From positions 72,574 to 136,573 of the forward strand of contig CACIXU010000003.1 of NCBI GenBank assembly GCA_902590705.1: 64,000 bases of DNA, written 5' to 3'. This DNA is from an uncultured Bacteroidota bacterium. Its GTDB lineage: Bacteria > Bacteroidota > Bacteroidia > Flavobacteriales > Flavobacteriaceae. A program made the translations under genes and the position numbers. Of the stretch, positions 18,782 through 27,823 are shown one piece after another. How positions within the stretch are numbered: position 1 is the first letter of the stretch; each line of letters begins with the position of its first letter. The notes beneath the pieces are model-generated. The model ran no database searches. It was given only the letters and a program-made list of their open reading frames with translations, and was not told the DNA's origin.

Positions 18782-20140
18782 TTAAGAAAACTGTTCCATT
18801 AAATTATCCCAACTAATACCTCCATAATTTCCAGAGCTCATCATTAAGAGAATACTTTCATCATAATCCTGAATCAGTAGAAAATCTTCTAAGGCTTTTG
18901 GCTTAGTAAAAATCATTATTCTTTGATCATTAAAAGCTTCCTTAATCTCTTTTTCAGTAATAGGATGACGATTTTTTATTCTTAAAGCCTCGGGATCATA
19001 AAAAATAATTGGAAAATCTGACAAGCTAAGTGAATCTCGATAATTATAAATAAATTTATTATCTAAGCTACTGTAAGTGTGCAACTCGAAACAAGCAATT
19101 AATTTAAATCCCTCATATTGTTTTCTCACTGCAGTAATAGTAGCATTTACTTTACTAGGTGAATGAGCAAAATCCTTGAACAAAAATTTGTTTCTGGATG
19201 AAGTTATTTTTTCTAGCCTCTTAGTTGCTCCCTTAAAACTGGCAATCGCTTGATAAAATTCATCCTGTTCAACTCCTATTAATTGACAAATCCATTTAGC
19301 ACCAGAGAGATTAGACAGGTTGTGTTCTCCAAAAATCTCAAGGGGTAAGGCTCCCTCATCCGTTTCAAGATAGGTACAACCTGAATCAATAAAATGTAAC
19401 GCAGTTTGATATGTTTCCTTTCTTATCGTGTTTTCTGATGCATCCACAATGGCCTTCAAAGTCCTATCTTCTTTATTATAAACCAGAACTCCTCCTGGAG
19501 TAATAGAATCGATGAAAATCTCAAATTGTTTATTGTAATCAGCTAATGTTTTAAAAACATTAACGTGATCCCAGGAAATACCACTAATCAGGGCAATTTG
19601 GGGTTTATAGTGATGAAACTTTGGACTTGAGTCGATCGCTGAAGACAAGTATTCGTCGCCCTCAAGTAAGATAAAATCATTATTCTCGGTCAAAGAAACA
19701 GAATTATTATAACCGGCAAGTTCCCCCCCCAACATAAAATCTATAGAGCGGCTGTGATAGTTTAATACATGTAAAACCATAGCAGAAATTGTTGTTTTTC
19801 CATGACTACCTGCAATCACTACCCTAGTTTTTTGATTCGCGAAATGAGCAATAAATTCTGGATAAGAATAAATCTTAAGTTCTAAACTTTGAGCAGCCAG
19901 TAATTCTAAATTATCAGGTTTGGCATGCATTCCCAAAATTACCGCATCTAAATCGGTACTTATTTTTTCTGGATACCAACCCATTTTTTCTGGATAAATT
20001 CCCGCCTTTATGAGCTTAGTCCTAGATGGATCAAAAATAGCATCATCACTTCCAGTAATCTGATTCCCTTGTTCTTTAAGGGCAATTGCTAAACTATTCA
20101 TTGCACTCCCCCCGATGGCAATAAAATGGTACCTTTTCAT
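18782..20140 (-). CDS. mpl: Mur-ligase family protein, Mpl-like (UDP-MurNAc:tripeptide ligase)
   Basis: N-terminal Rossmann HFIAIGGSAMNSLA and P-loop GSHGKTT; 452 aa and not part of the dcw cluster. Confidence 0.7.
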   Translation of the reverse strand: MKRYHFIAIGGSAMNSLAIALKEQGNQITGSDDAIFDPSRTKLIKAGIYPEKMGWYPEKISTDLDAVILGMHAKPDNLELLAAQSLELKIYSYPEFIAHFANQKTRVVIAGSHGKTTISAMVLHVLNYHSRSIDFMLGGELAGYNNSVSLTENNDFILLEGDEYLSSAIDSSPKFHHYKPQIALISGISWDHVNVFKTLADYNKQFEIFIDSITPGGVLVYNKEDRTLKAIVDASENTIRKETYQTALHFIDSGCTYLETDEGALPLEIFGEHNLSNLSGAKWICQLIGVEQDEFYQAIASFKGATKRLEKITSSRNKFLFKDFAHSPSKVNATITAVRKQYEGFKLIACFELHTYSSLDNKFIYNYRDSLSLSDFPIIFYDPEALRIKNRHPITEKEIKEAFNDQRIMIFTKPKALEDFLLIQDYDESILLMMSSGNYGGISWDNLMEQFS

Positions 20141-21036
20141 AATTTATATTTTTTTTGAAAAACCAAAGCAGTCTGAAATTTTGGATTAATCTTCAATGCT
20201 TTAGCTAAATAATCACTACAGATATTTAAATCTTGTTTAAAAAAATAAATCCTTGATAAAAGATAATAAACAGTTGCCAGAGGATAGTTATCCATAAAGT
20301 CATAAGAATTTGCATAAAATTTCAATGCTGAAATTCCCAAATCAATAGATATTTCGTGATTGGCCACTATATTGCCAATCTCAAAAATTAAATCACGATC
20401 ATTTTTCTCGAAAAATGTATCAAACGACTCATAGTTTTTTTCTATAAGGTAAAATGCTAGTTCATATTTTGACTTGGCAGCAGATGAATATTTATCAATA
20501 TCATTCAAATAACCTTTAAATATCAACCCTTGAATGGGATCAATAATAAATAATTCCTCTGCTTTTTTCTTAGCAAATTCTTTATTCCCACCTAAGATTT
20601 CAGGTATTTCTGCAAATAGCTTAATTAACAATTTTAAATACCTAGGGTTTTTGGGGGATAATCGATGTGCGTTTAATATTGATTTTTTGGCTTTCAATAC
20701 ATAAGAAATAGAAAAAAACCTCGAAACTTCTAAAGATTTTCTCGCTGCTGCCACTGCTAGTTTAAAGTAATTTTCTGCAGACGGATTTTCAACTATAATC
20801 TTTTCGAAATAACTAATTGCTACTTCCCAATCCTTGTAGTAATATGACAAATCTGCAATGGAAATAAAAGTTTTGATAGAGGGAGCATTCTTTTCTAACT
20901 TTTTTAAATCAACCATTTTAATTTTGTAAATAGGATCTTTGTGAAAATCATATGTAGCAAAAGGAGTTATGTCCTGTGAAAAAATAAAAAGAGGTATGAT
21001 AATGAAAAAGAAAAGAAACGAATTGGAGCTACTCAT
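20137..21036 (-). CDS. Secreted helical-repeat (TPR-like) protein, function unknown
   Basis: Signal peptide followed by repeated helical hairpin-like segments. It is translationally coupled to obg upstream and mpl downstream through start/stop overlaps. Confidence 0.6.
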   Translation of the reverse strand: MSSSNSFLFFFIIIPLFIFSQDITPFATYDFHKDPIYKIKMVDLKKLEKNAPSIKTFISIADLSYYYKDWEVAISYFEKIIVENPSAENYFKLAVAAARKSLEVSRFFSISYVLKAKKSILNAHRLSPKNPRYLKLLIKLFAEIPEILGGNKEFAKKKAEELFIIDPIQGLIFKGYLNDIDKYSSAAKSKYELAFYLIEKNYESFDTFFEKNDRDLIFEIGNIVANHEISIDLGISALKFYANSYDFMDNYPLATVYYLLSRIYFFKQDLNICSDYLAKALKINPKFQTALVFQKKYKL

Positions 21037-22039
21037 GTGATTTGTTTAGAGATTTCCAAATCAAATCTTTCAACTCAACTAAACCAGATTGTTCAACAGC
21101 TGAAATCATGCAATAATTAATATTCTTAAAGTTTTCGTTCAATTCTTTGGAATATTCCTTTTTGAGTTCGTTGTCTAATAAATCACATTTAGTTAGTGCA
21201 ACAATATAATCCTTATCCATCAATTCCGGATTGAAGGATTTCAATTCATTCATTAGAACTTCAAAAGTATTCTTTACATCTGAGACATCAACGGGTATAA
21301 GAAAAAGAAGAACAGAATTTCTTTCAATATGTCTTAAAAAATAATGGCCCAGACCCTTTCCATTAGAAGCTCCCTGGATAATTCCTGGTATATCTGCCAT
21401 TACAAAAGACTGAAATTCACGATAGGGAACAATTCCCAGATTGGGCTTGAGGGTAGTAAATTCGTAATCGGCAATTTTAGGTTTAGCTGCTGTTAGTGAT
21501 GCCAATAATGTTGACTTACCTGCATTAGGAAAACCAACCAAGCCTACATCAGCTAATACCTTCAGTTCCATGGTGATTTTTAATTCCTCACCAGGAATAC
21601 CCTGTTGTGCAAATCTTGGGGTTTGATTTGTTGAAGACCTAAAGTTCCAGTTACCTAAACCTCCTTTTCCTCCTTCTAATAAAATGAATTCCTGATTTGG
21701 TTCAACTACCTCAAAAATCACAATATCACTCTTACTATTTTTAACAACTGTTCCTATTGGAACATCTATATATAGATCCTCACCCTGAGCTCCAGAACTT
21801 CTACTTTTGCTTCCATCTCCTCCGTGTCCAGCAACAAAATGACGTTTAAACTTAAAATGATAGAGAGTCCAAAGGTTGGGGTTAGCTCGGATAATAATAT
21901 GACCTCCCCTGCCACCATCGCCACCATCTGGGCCACCTTTAGTTATAAATTTTTCCCTATGCAAATGCATAGAGCCCCTACCTCCGTTTCCTGATTTAAC
22001 AATCAGTTTTACGTAGTCAACAAAATTTTCTTCTGTCAT
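21029..22039 (-). CDS. obgE: GTPase Obg/CgtA
   Basis: Gly-rich Obg fold ([23 protein letters not shown]), G1 GFPNAGKS, G3 DIPG. Start trimmed to the ATG at 22039. Confidence 0.9.
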   Translation of the reverse strand: MTEENFVDYVKLIVKSGNGGRGSMHLHREKFITKGGPDGGDGGRGGHIIIRANPNLWTLYHFKFKRHFVAGHGGDGSKSRSSGAQGEDLYIDVPIGTVVKNSKSDIVIFEVVEPNQEFILLEGGKGGLGNWNFRSSTNQTPRFAQQGIPGEELKITMELKVLADVGLVGFPNAGKSTLLASLTAAKPKIADYEFTTLKPNLGIVPYREFQSFVMADIPGIIQGASNGKGLGHYFLRHIERNSVLLFLIPVDVSDVKNTFEVLMNELKSFNPELMDKDYIVALTKCDLLDNELKKEYSKELNENFKNINYCMISAVEQSGLVELKDLIWKSLNKSHE

Positions 22040-22046
22040 AATTGAT

Positions 22047-22622
22047 TTATAGTAAGCCATCAATTAGCCCTGTCAAGCGTTTGGAGATTTCTTGCACACT
22101 TCCAATACCATCAACACTGTAAAACTTACCTTGAGCAGTGTAAAAGCTTTTCAATGATGCCGTCTTGTTATTGTATTCATTAAAGCGATTTCTTATTTTG
22201 ATTTCATCTTGATCGTCTACCCTTCCGCTTGTCTTACCTCTATTAACTAATCTTTCTATTAAAACATCATCACCTGCCTCTAAAGCAATTGTTGCAGTTA
22301 TACTCATCGATTTATTCAATAAAAAGGTGTCTAGTGCGTCAGCTTGGGCTGTTGTCCTTGGAAAACCGTCAAATATAAAGCCTTTAGCATCTGAGTTTTC
22401 ATTTACCGCCTCTATTAACATATCAATAGTTATTTGATCTGGTACCAAATTACCCTGATCCATATAAGATTTTGCTAGCATTCCTAAATCAGTTAAACTA
22501 TTAATATGGTATCGAAACAAATCGCCTGTAGAAAGATGAAATAATTGGTATTGAGATTTTAAAAATGCTGCTTGAGTTCCTTTTCCAGCTCCAGGTTTTC
22601 CGAATAGTACTATATTGATCAT
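22047..22622 (-). CDS. adk: Adenylate kinase
   Basis: P-loop [10 protein letters not shown]; short LID type, 191 aa. Confidence 0.9.
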   Translation of the reverse strand: MINIVLFGKPGAGKGTQAAFLKSQYQLFHLSTGDLFRYHINSLTDLGMLAKSYMDQGNLVPDQITIDMLIEAVNENSDAKGFIFDGFPRTTAQADALDTFLLNKSMSITATIALEAGDDVLIERLVNRGKTSGRVDDQDEIKIRNRFNEYNNKTASLKSFYTAQGKFYSVDGIGSVQEISKRLTGLIDGLL

Positions 22623-22657
22623 TTATTTTTATTTGTGGTAAAGATATCCAAAATGAG

Positions 22658-23863
22658 TTGTTTTTTTATAAGCCCAAAAGATATCCTTATTTTTGTAAAA
22701 AATTAAATGTGAATTTTTTTTCTACAACAAAAACTCTAGGTATTCTAGGTGGTGGTCAATTAGGTAAAATGTTACTATATTCCACACGAAAATGGGATAT
22801 TAAAACTAAAGTACTTGATCCATGTGAAAGTGCGCCATGTAGACTTGCCTCTGACATATTTGTTCAAGGAGATTTGACTGATTTTCAAACCGTCTATGAT
22901 TTTGGTAAAGATGTTGATGTTTTGACAATTGAGATCGAAAAAGTCAATGTTAATGCATTAGAGAAATTGGAGCAAGAAGGAGTAACTGTTTATCCACAGC
23001 CACAAATTCTGAAGACCATTCAAAATAAATGTTTACAAAAAAAATTTTATCAAGATAATAATATACCCTCTGCTTTATTCGAGGAATTCGATTCTATAAA
23101 TGCTTTGAAAGAAAAAGTCCTTAAAGGAGACTTATCCTATCCTTTTGTATGGAAATCTGCTGAAATGGGCTATGATGGCTATGGGGTGTCAATAGTGCGT
23201 TCAAACAAAGAATTAGAGGAATTAAATCCGGGCCATTGTCTAATCGAGGAGATCGTTAAGTTCAAAAAAGAATTGTCTGTCATTGTTTGTCGCAGACCTC
23301 AAGGTGAAATGGTCAATTACCCAGTAGTAGAATCTGAATTTCACCCCACTGCAAATCAAGTAGAATATGTTTTATGCCCGGCTAGGATATCAACAAAGGC
23401 AGCAAAAAATGCAGTTGAAATAGCACTTCAAACCGCAGAAGCTTATGGACAAATTGGACTTCTCGCTGTGGAATTATTTCTTATATCCGATGAAGAAATA
23501 CTTGTTAACGAAGTAGCCCCTAGACCGCACAATAGTGGTCATTTTAGCATAGAAGCATCCTATACCTGTCAATTTGAGCAGCACCTTAGGGCAATTTTGG
23601 ACTTACCCTTGGGTAAAACCGATAGCAAAACGGCGGGAGTGATGGTTAACCTGGTAGGTGCAGATGGTTACGCTGGTCCTGTAAATTATAAAAACATCGA
23701 CCAGATTTTAGCAATTGACGGGGTTATTCCTCATATTTACGGAAAAAAAGAAACACGTCCCTTTCGAAAAATGGGTCATGTAACTGTCATTAATCCTGAA
23801 TTGTCAGTAGCAAGAAAGATTGCGGAAAAAGTCAAAGATATATTATTAGTAATAGCAAAATAA
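22658..23863 (+). CDS. purK: N5-carboxyaminoimidazole ribonucleotide synthase PurK
   Basis: ATP-grasp protein with LGILGGGQLGKM, followed by purE. The start is uncertain. ATG 22658 leaves only 35 nt to adk, while an in-frame GTG at 22709 gives a more typical N-terminus. Confidence 0.85.
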   Translation: MFFYKPKRYPYFCKKLNVNFFSTTKTLGILGGGQLGKMLLYSTRKWDIKTKVLDPCESAPCRLASDIFVQGDLTDFQTVYDFGKDVDVLTIEIEKVNVNALEKLEQEGVTVYPQPQILKTIQNKCLQKKFYQDNNIPSALFEEFDSINALKEKVLKGDLSYPFVWKSAEMGYDGYGVSIVRSNKELEELNPGHCLIEEIVKFKKELSVIVCRRPQGEMVNYPVVESEFHPTANQVEYVLCPARISTKAAKNAVEIALQTAEAYGQIGLLAVELFLISDEEILVNEVAPRPHNSGHFSIEASYTCQFEQHLRAILDLPLGKTDSKTAGVMVNLVGADGYAGPVNYKNIDQILAIDGVIPHIYGKKETRPFRKMGHVTVINPELSVARKIAEKVKDILLVIAK

Positions 23864-23864
23864 A

Positions 23865-24350
23865 ATGGTAAGAGTTGGAATTATAATGGGAAGCAAATCG
23901 GATCTAACGGTCATGCAAGAGGCAATAGATATTTTAAATAGCTTTGATGTCGAAATTGAGGTCGATATTGTATCTGCCCATCGTACTCCAGAAAAAATGA
24001 TGGAATACGGTAAAAAAGCTCACCAAAAAGGTCTAAAAGTAATTATAGCTGGGGCTGGAGGCGCTGCTCATTTACCTGGAATGATTGCCTCGTTAACCCC
24101 GCTCCCTGTGATTGGTGTTCCAATTAAATCCAGAAATTCAATTGATGGTTGGGACTCTGTGTTGTCTATTTTGCAAATGCCTGGCGGTGTACCCGTAGCC
24201 ACTGTGGCGCTAAACAGTGCTAAAAATGCGGGAATACTTGCTGTTCAAATTGTTGGTACCTCCGATCCATATATTTTAAACAAAATAGAATTATACAAAG
24301 AAGGATTGAAGACCAAAGTAATCAACTCCAGTAAAAATTTAAATCTTTAA
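23865..24350 (+). CDS. purE: N5-CAIR mutase PurE
   Basis: IIMGSKSD, SAHRTP and GAGGAAHLPG motifs. Confidence 0.95.
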   Translation: MVRVGIIMGSKSDLTVMQEAIDILNSFDVEIEVDIVSAHRTPEKMMEYGKKAHQKGLKVIIAGAGGAAHLPGMIASLTPLPVIGVPIKSRNSIDGWDSVLSILQMPGGVPVATVALNSAKNAGILAVQIVGTSDPYILNKIELYKEGLKTKVINSSKNLNL

Positions 24351-24355
24351 AGAAT

Positions 24356-26377
24356 TTGAAAAACCCTCTGTTAGCTCCATTTAGGACGCCACACCAATCC
24401 ACGCCATTTGGTGAAATTAAACCAGAACACTATATACCAGCAATCAAAAAAGACATTCAAGAAAGTTTAAAAGCAATCAATAAAATTACTGATCAGAAAG
24501 CCCAACCTAGCTTTGATAACACTATAAATGCTTTGCAAAATATAAGTGAATTATTGGAGCGAAATAGTACGATATTATTCAACCTTAACAGTGCAGAAAC
24601 TACAGAAGAAATTCAGCAAATAACCCAGCAGGCTTCCCCATTACTCACCAAATTTCAAAATGATGTAAGACTTAATAAAGTACTTTTTGATCGCGTGAAA
24701 AAGGTTTTTGAAAATCGAGAAACTGAAATTCTTACATCCGAGCAACTAACCCTTCTTATAAAAGAGTTTAAAAGTTTTGCTAGAAATGGTGCACTGCTCT
24801 CTGATGATGAAAAGCTTATTTTAAGAGAAATCGACACCGAAAAAGCAAAACTAAGCTTAAGCTTTGGAGAGAATGTCTTAGCAGACACCAATGACTACTT
24901 AATTCACATAACTGAGGAAAGTCAACTAAAAGGTTTACCAGATCAGGTGAAAGAAATGGGTGCTGAAATCGCCAAATCAAAAAATAAAACTGGGTGGATC
25001 TTTACTTTAGATTACCCCAGTTATGTCCCGTTTATGACCTATTTAGATGACAGAGAGTTAAGACGTAAAATGAGCCTTGCCTTTGGACAAAGAGGATTTA
25101 GAGAAAATGATCACAATAATAGTAAAATCATCTTAAAAATAATTGAACTGAGAAAAAAACGTGCTGAATTGTTGGGATATGAATCTCATGCAAATTTTAT
25201 ACTATCGGAACGAATGGCTAGTTCAGAAAAAAATGTAAATAATTTCCTTGAAGATCTTTATCAAAAAGCATTGCCGGCGGCAAAAAAAGAATGGGAAGAA
25301 TTAGTGAGCTATGCCAAAAAATATCTTAATATTGATCAAATTGAAAAATGGGACACTGCTTACGTTTCTGAAAAGCTTAAACAAGCGCAATTGGATTTGG
25401 ACGAGCAATTGTTAAAACCATATTTCCAATTAGAAAAAGTTAAACTAGGGTTATTCGAAATAGTTGGTAAACTATACGGACTAAGTTTTAAAAAAAACAA
25501 GGATATTCAAGTCTATCACAATGAAGTTGAAGTCTACGAGGTATTCAATTCCCATGGGTATTTTCATGCGCTTTTATATACTGATTTCTTTCCTCGTAAA
25601 GGAAAACGTAATGGAGCTTGGATGACCTCATATCGCTCTCAAAAAAAAGGACAAAGGCCTCATGTATCAATCGTTTGTAATTTCTCTAAACCAACCGCAA
25701 GCCTGCCCTCATTATTAACTTTCCAGGAGGTAACTACTCTATTTCATGAGTTTGGCCATGCATTACATGGAATTTTATCTGAAACAACATACAGAGCATT
25801 AAGTGGAACTAATGTTTATTGGGATTTTGTAGAACTGCCAAGCCAGATCATGGAAAACTGGTGTTATGAAAAAAATGCATTAAAACTCTTTGCAAAGCAT
25901 TACAAGACAAATGAAATCATACCGATGGAATACATAAAAAAAATCCAAAAAGTAGCCCATTTTCAGCAAGGGTTACAAACTTTAAGACAGCTTGGTTTTG
26001 CATTTTTAGATCTTTCATATCATAATAAAAAAGCGAATGAAATCAAGGATATTAAAAATCACGAAAAAGAGATTTTAGATCGTATGCAATTTTTAGGTGA
26101 CTACCCAGAAAATTGTATTAGCACAGCTTTTTCTCATATATTTCAAGGAGGTTATTCAGCTGGCTATTACAGTTACAAGTGGGCTGAGGTACTGGATGCA
26201 GATGCCTTTGAGTTATTTTTAGAAAAAGGAGTTTTTGATTTAGAAACATCAAAATCTTTTAAAGAAAATATTCTATCTAAAGGCGGTACCGAACATCCCA
26301 TGATACTTTATAAAAGGTTTAGAGGTAAAGCTCCTAATCCAAAAGCATTACTTAAAAGATCAGGCTTGGTTTTCTAA
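24356..26377 (+). CDS. dcp: M3-family zinc metallopeptidase (peptidyl-dipeptidase Dcp-like)
   Basis: HEFGHALH zinc motif; 673 aa. The start codon is TTG. Confidence 0.85.
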   Translation: MKNPLLAPFRTPHQSTPFGEIKPEHYIPAIKKDIQESLKAINKITDQKAQPSFDNTINALQNISELLERNSTILFNLNSAETTEEIQQITQQASPLLTKFQNDVRLNKVLFDRVKKVFENRETEILTSEQLTLLIKEFKSFARNGALLSDDEKLILREIDTEKAKLSLSFGENVLADTNDYLIHITEESQLKGLPDQVKEMGAEIAKSKNKTGWIFTLDYPSYVPFMTYLDDRELRRKMSLAFGQRGFRENDHNNSKIILKIIELRKKRAELLGYESHANFILSERMASSEKNVNNFLEDLYQKALPAAKKEWEELVSYAKKYLNIDQIEKWDTAYVSEKLKQAQLDLDEQLLKPYFQLEKVKLGLFEIVGKLYGLSFKKNKDIQVYHNEVEVYEVFNSHGYFHALLYTDFFPRKGKRNGAWMTSYRSQKKGQRPHVSIVCNFSKPTASLPSLLTFQEVTTLFHEFGHALHGILSETTYRALSGTNVYWDFVELPSQIMENWCYEKNALKLFAKHYKTNEIIPMEYIKKIQKVAHFQQGLQTLRQLGFAFLDLSYHNKKANEIKDIKNHEKEILDRMQFLGDYPENCISTAFSHIFQGGYSAGYYSYKWAEVLDADAFELFLEKGVFDLETSKSFKENILSKGGTEHPMILYKRFRGKAPNPKALLKRSGLVF

Positions 26378-26557
26378 AATATTTCTACATTTAAAAAAAG
26401 GAAAAGGAAGAAATCAGACTTTATTAAAAAATAGCAGACGTTTTGGTATCAGTGAAAAAAATTAAGATTCTTCACGAATTATTTAATAAGGCTTGATGAG
26501 TAAAAATTGATTTTTTATAATAATTTTTTTCTCTTGACGAAATTTAATGTAATCAAA

Positions 26558-26890
26558 CTACCAATTTAAAAACCCACCATCAAGATCATAGATTTTTTTA
26601 AAACCAAAGGAAACCATCACTTGTGCCGCATAGAGGCTCCTTCTACCCGATCGACAATAAACCAAAAGAGTATCTGATTTTGAAAGTTTTTGTATTTCTG
26701 TTATAAAAGTTTCAGCTCTAAAATCAATATTTTGTGCTCCTGGAATATGCCCTTGCATATACTCCTCATGAGTTCTTACGTCAATGATTGTATATCCCTG
26801 TTCAACAAGGGAGTGGTATTTAGATTTTTCGATTACCTCGACTGTCGGAGGCTGAAGAATAAAGGAAATAATAAATAAATAAAATTTCAT
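26558..26890 (-). CDS. Exported single-domain rhodanese (sulfurtransferase)
   Basis: Signal-like N-terminus and the active-site loop CRSGRRS. Confidence 0.8.
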   Translation of the reverse strand: MKFYLFIISFILQPPTVEVIEKSKYHSLVEQGYTIIDVRTHEEYMQGHIPGAQNIDFRAETFITEIQKLSKSDTLLVYCRSGRRSLYAAQVMVSFGFKKIYDLDGGFLNW

Positions 26891-26891
26891 T

Positions 26892-27701
26892 TTAAAGCAA
26901 TATTTTTTTTAAAAATAGCCATAAAATTGGAATTCCCTCTACCCAAAAGCTGCTAAAATATTTGGGTTGTTCCTTTTTAGATATTAAAATAAAAACCATT
27001 AAAATGATAGCAATAATTGTTGTTATTTCAAAACAAGAGGAAAAATTAAATAATACCTCTAAAAAAAGAAAAAAAATCAATAGGACGAAACCAAATATTT
27101 TGGTGTTTTTAACTCCCCATTTTTGGGGCCAAGTAGACAAGTTGGGATGGTCTAATTTCAAATCTCTAATTTCGAAAGGTAAAGAAGCAGCTATTACAAA
27201 AAGATATCGTTGAAAGCCATACATCAAAGAAAATTCTGTTAAAGACACTCCTTCTAAAGTAAGTGGTAAAAAAACTGTCATCAATACCCAGCTTAATGCA
27301 ACTAAATGAATTTTTACCCCTTTAAAACCTCTAAAGTTAATCTTAAAACCAGGTAAGGGTAGGCAGTAAAGCAATCCCAATAATAGGGTGAAAAAAAATA
27401 GCAACTGGGAAGAAAGCGGAAGAAAAAAAATAACTCCACCTGAGGTAAGAATACATAATAAAAAAAATCCTAATAACAGATTGATTTTAAATGACTTATT
27501 AATTTTAATATTCCAATATAATAGATGGTACTTTATGAAATTATAACCCAAAAAAGGGGCCATAAAAAAAATCAACTGATGAATAAAGTGCAGATTTAAG
27601 CCAAAATCTAAGGCAGTAATATGAGCCAAGGCCCAAACGGTCAAACCAACATGAAAATTATACTTAATGTAGCTTTCAAAAACACAACTAAATCCTCCCA
27701 C
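26892..27701 (-). CDS. Polytopic membrane protein, function unknown (weak UbiA-prenyltransferase-like DxxxD)
   Basis: About 8 hydrophobic segments and an FEIRDLKLD (DxxxD) motif. GTG start. It lies 1 nt upstream of the rhodanese gene. Confidence 0.6.
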   Translation of the reverse strand: MGGFSCVFESYIKYNFHVGLTVWALAHITALDFGLNLHFIHQLIFFMAPFLGYNFIKYHLLYWNIKINKSFKINLLLGFFLLCILTSGGVIFFLPLSSQLLFFFTLLLGLLYCLPLPGFKINFRGFKGVKIHLVALSWVLMTVFLPLTLEGVSLTEFSLMYGFQRYLFVIAASLPFEIRDLKLDHPNLSTWPQKWGVKNTKIFGFVLLIFFLFLEVLFNFSSCFEITTIIAIILMVFILISKKEQPKYFSSFWVEGIPILWLFLKKILL

Positions 27702-27823
27702 TAAACAAAAATATCTGTAAACTGTTAATTAAGAGAAATTTTTGTTAAAAAAAAAATGATATCTGTTTTTAAGACCAATAAAATTGTTTCAATCTAAGCG
27801 GTAAATTTGATTAAACAAATGAT

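Noticed and set aside
27702-27823. Possible glycine riboswitch upstream of gcvP
   Set aside because: The 122-nt leader is almost pure A/T. It lacks the conserved GGAGAG ... CACCG core elements of glycine riboswitch aptamers.
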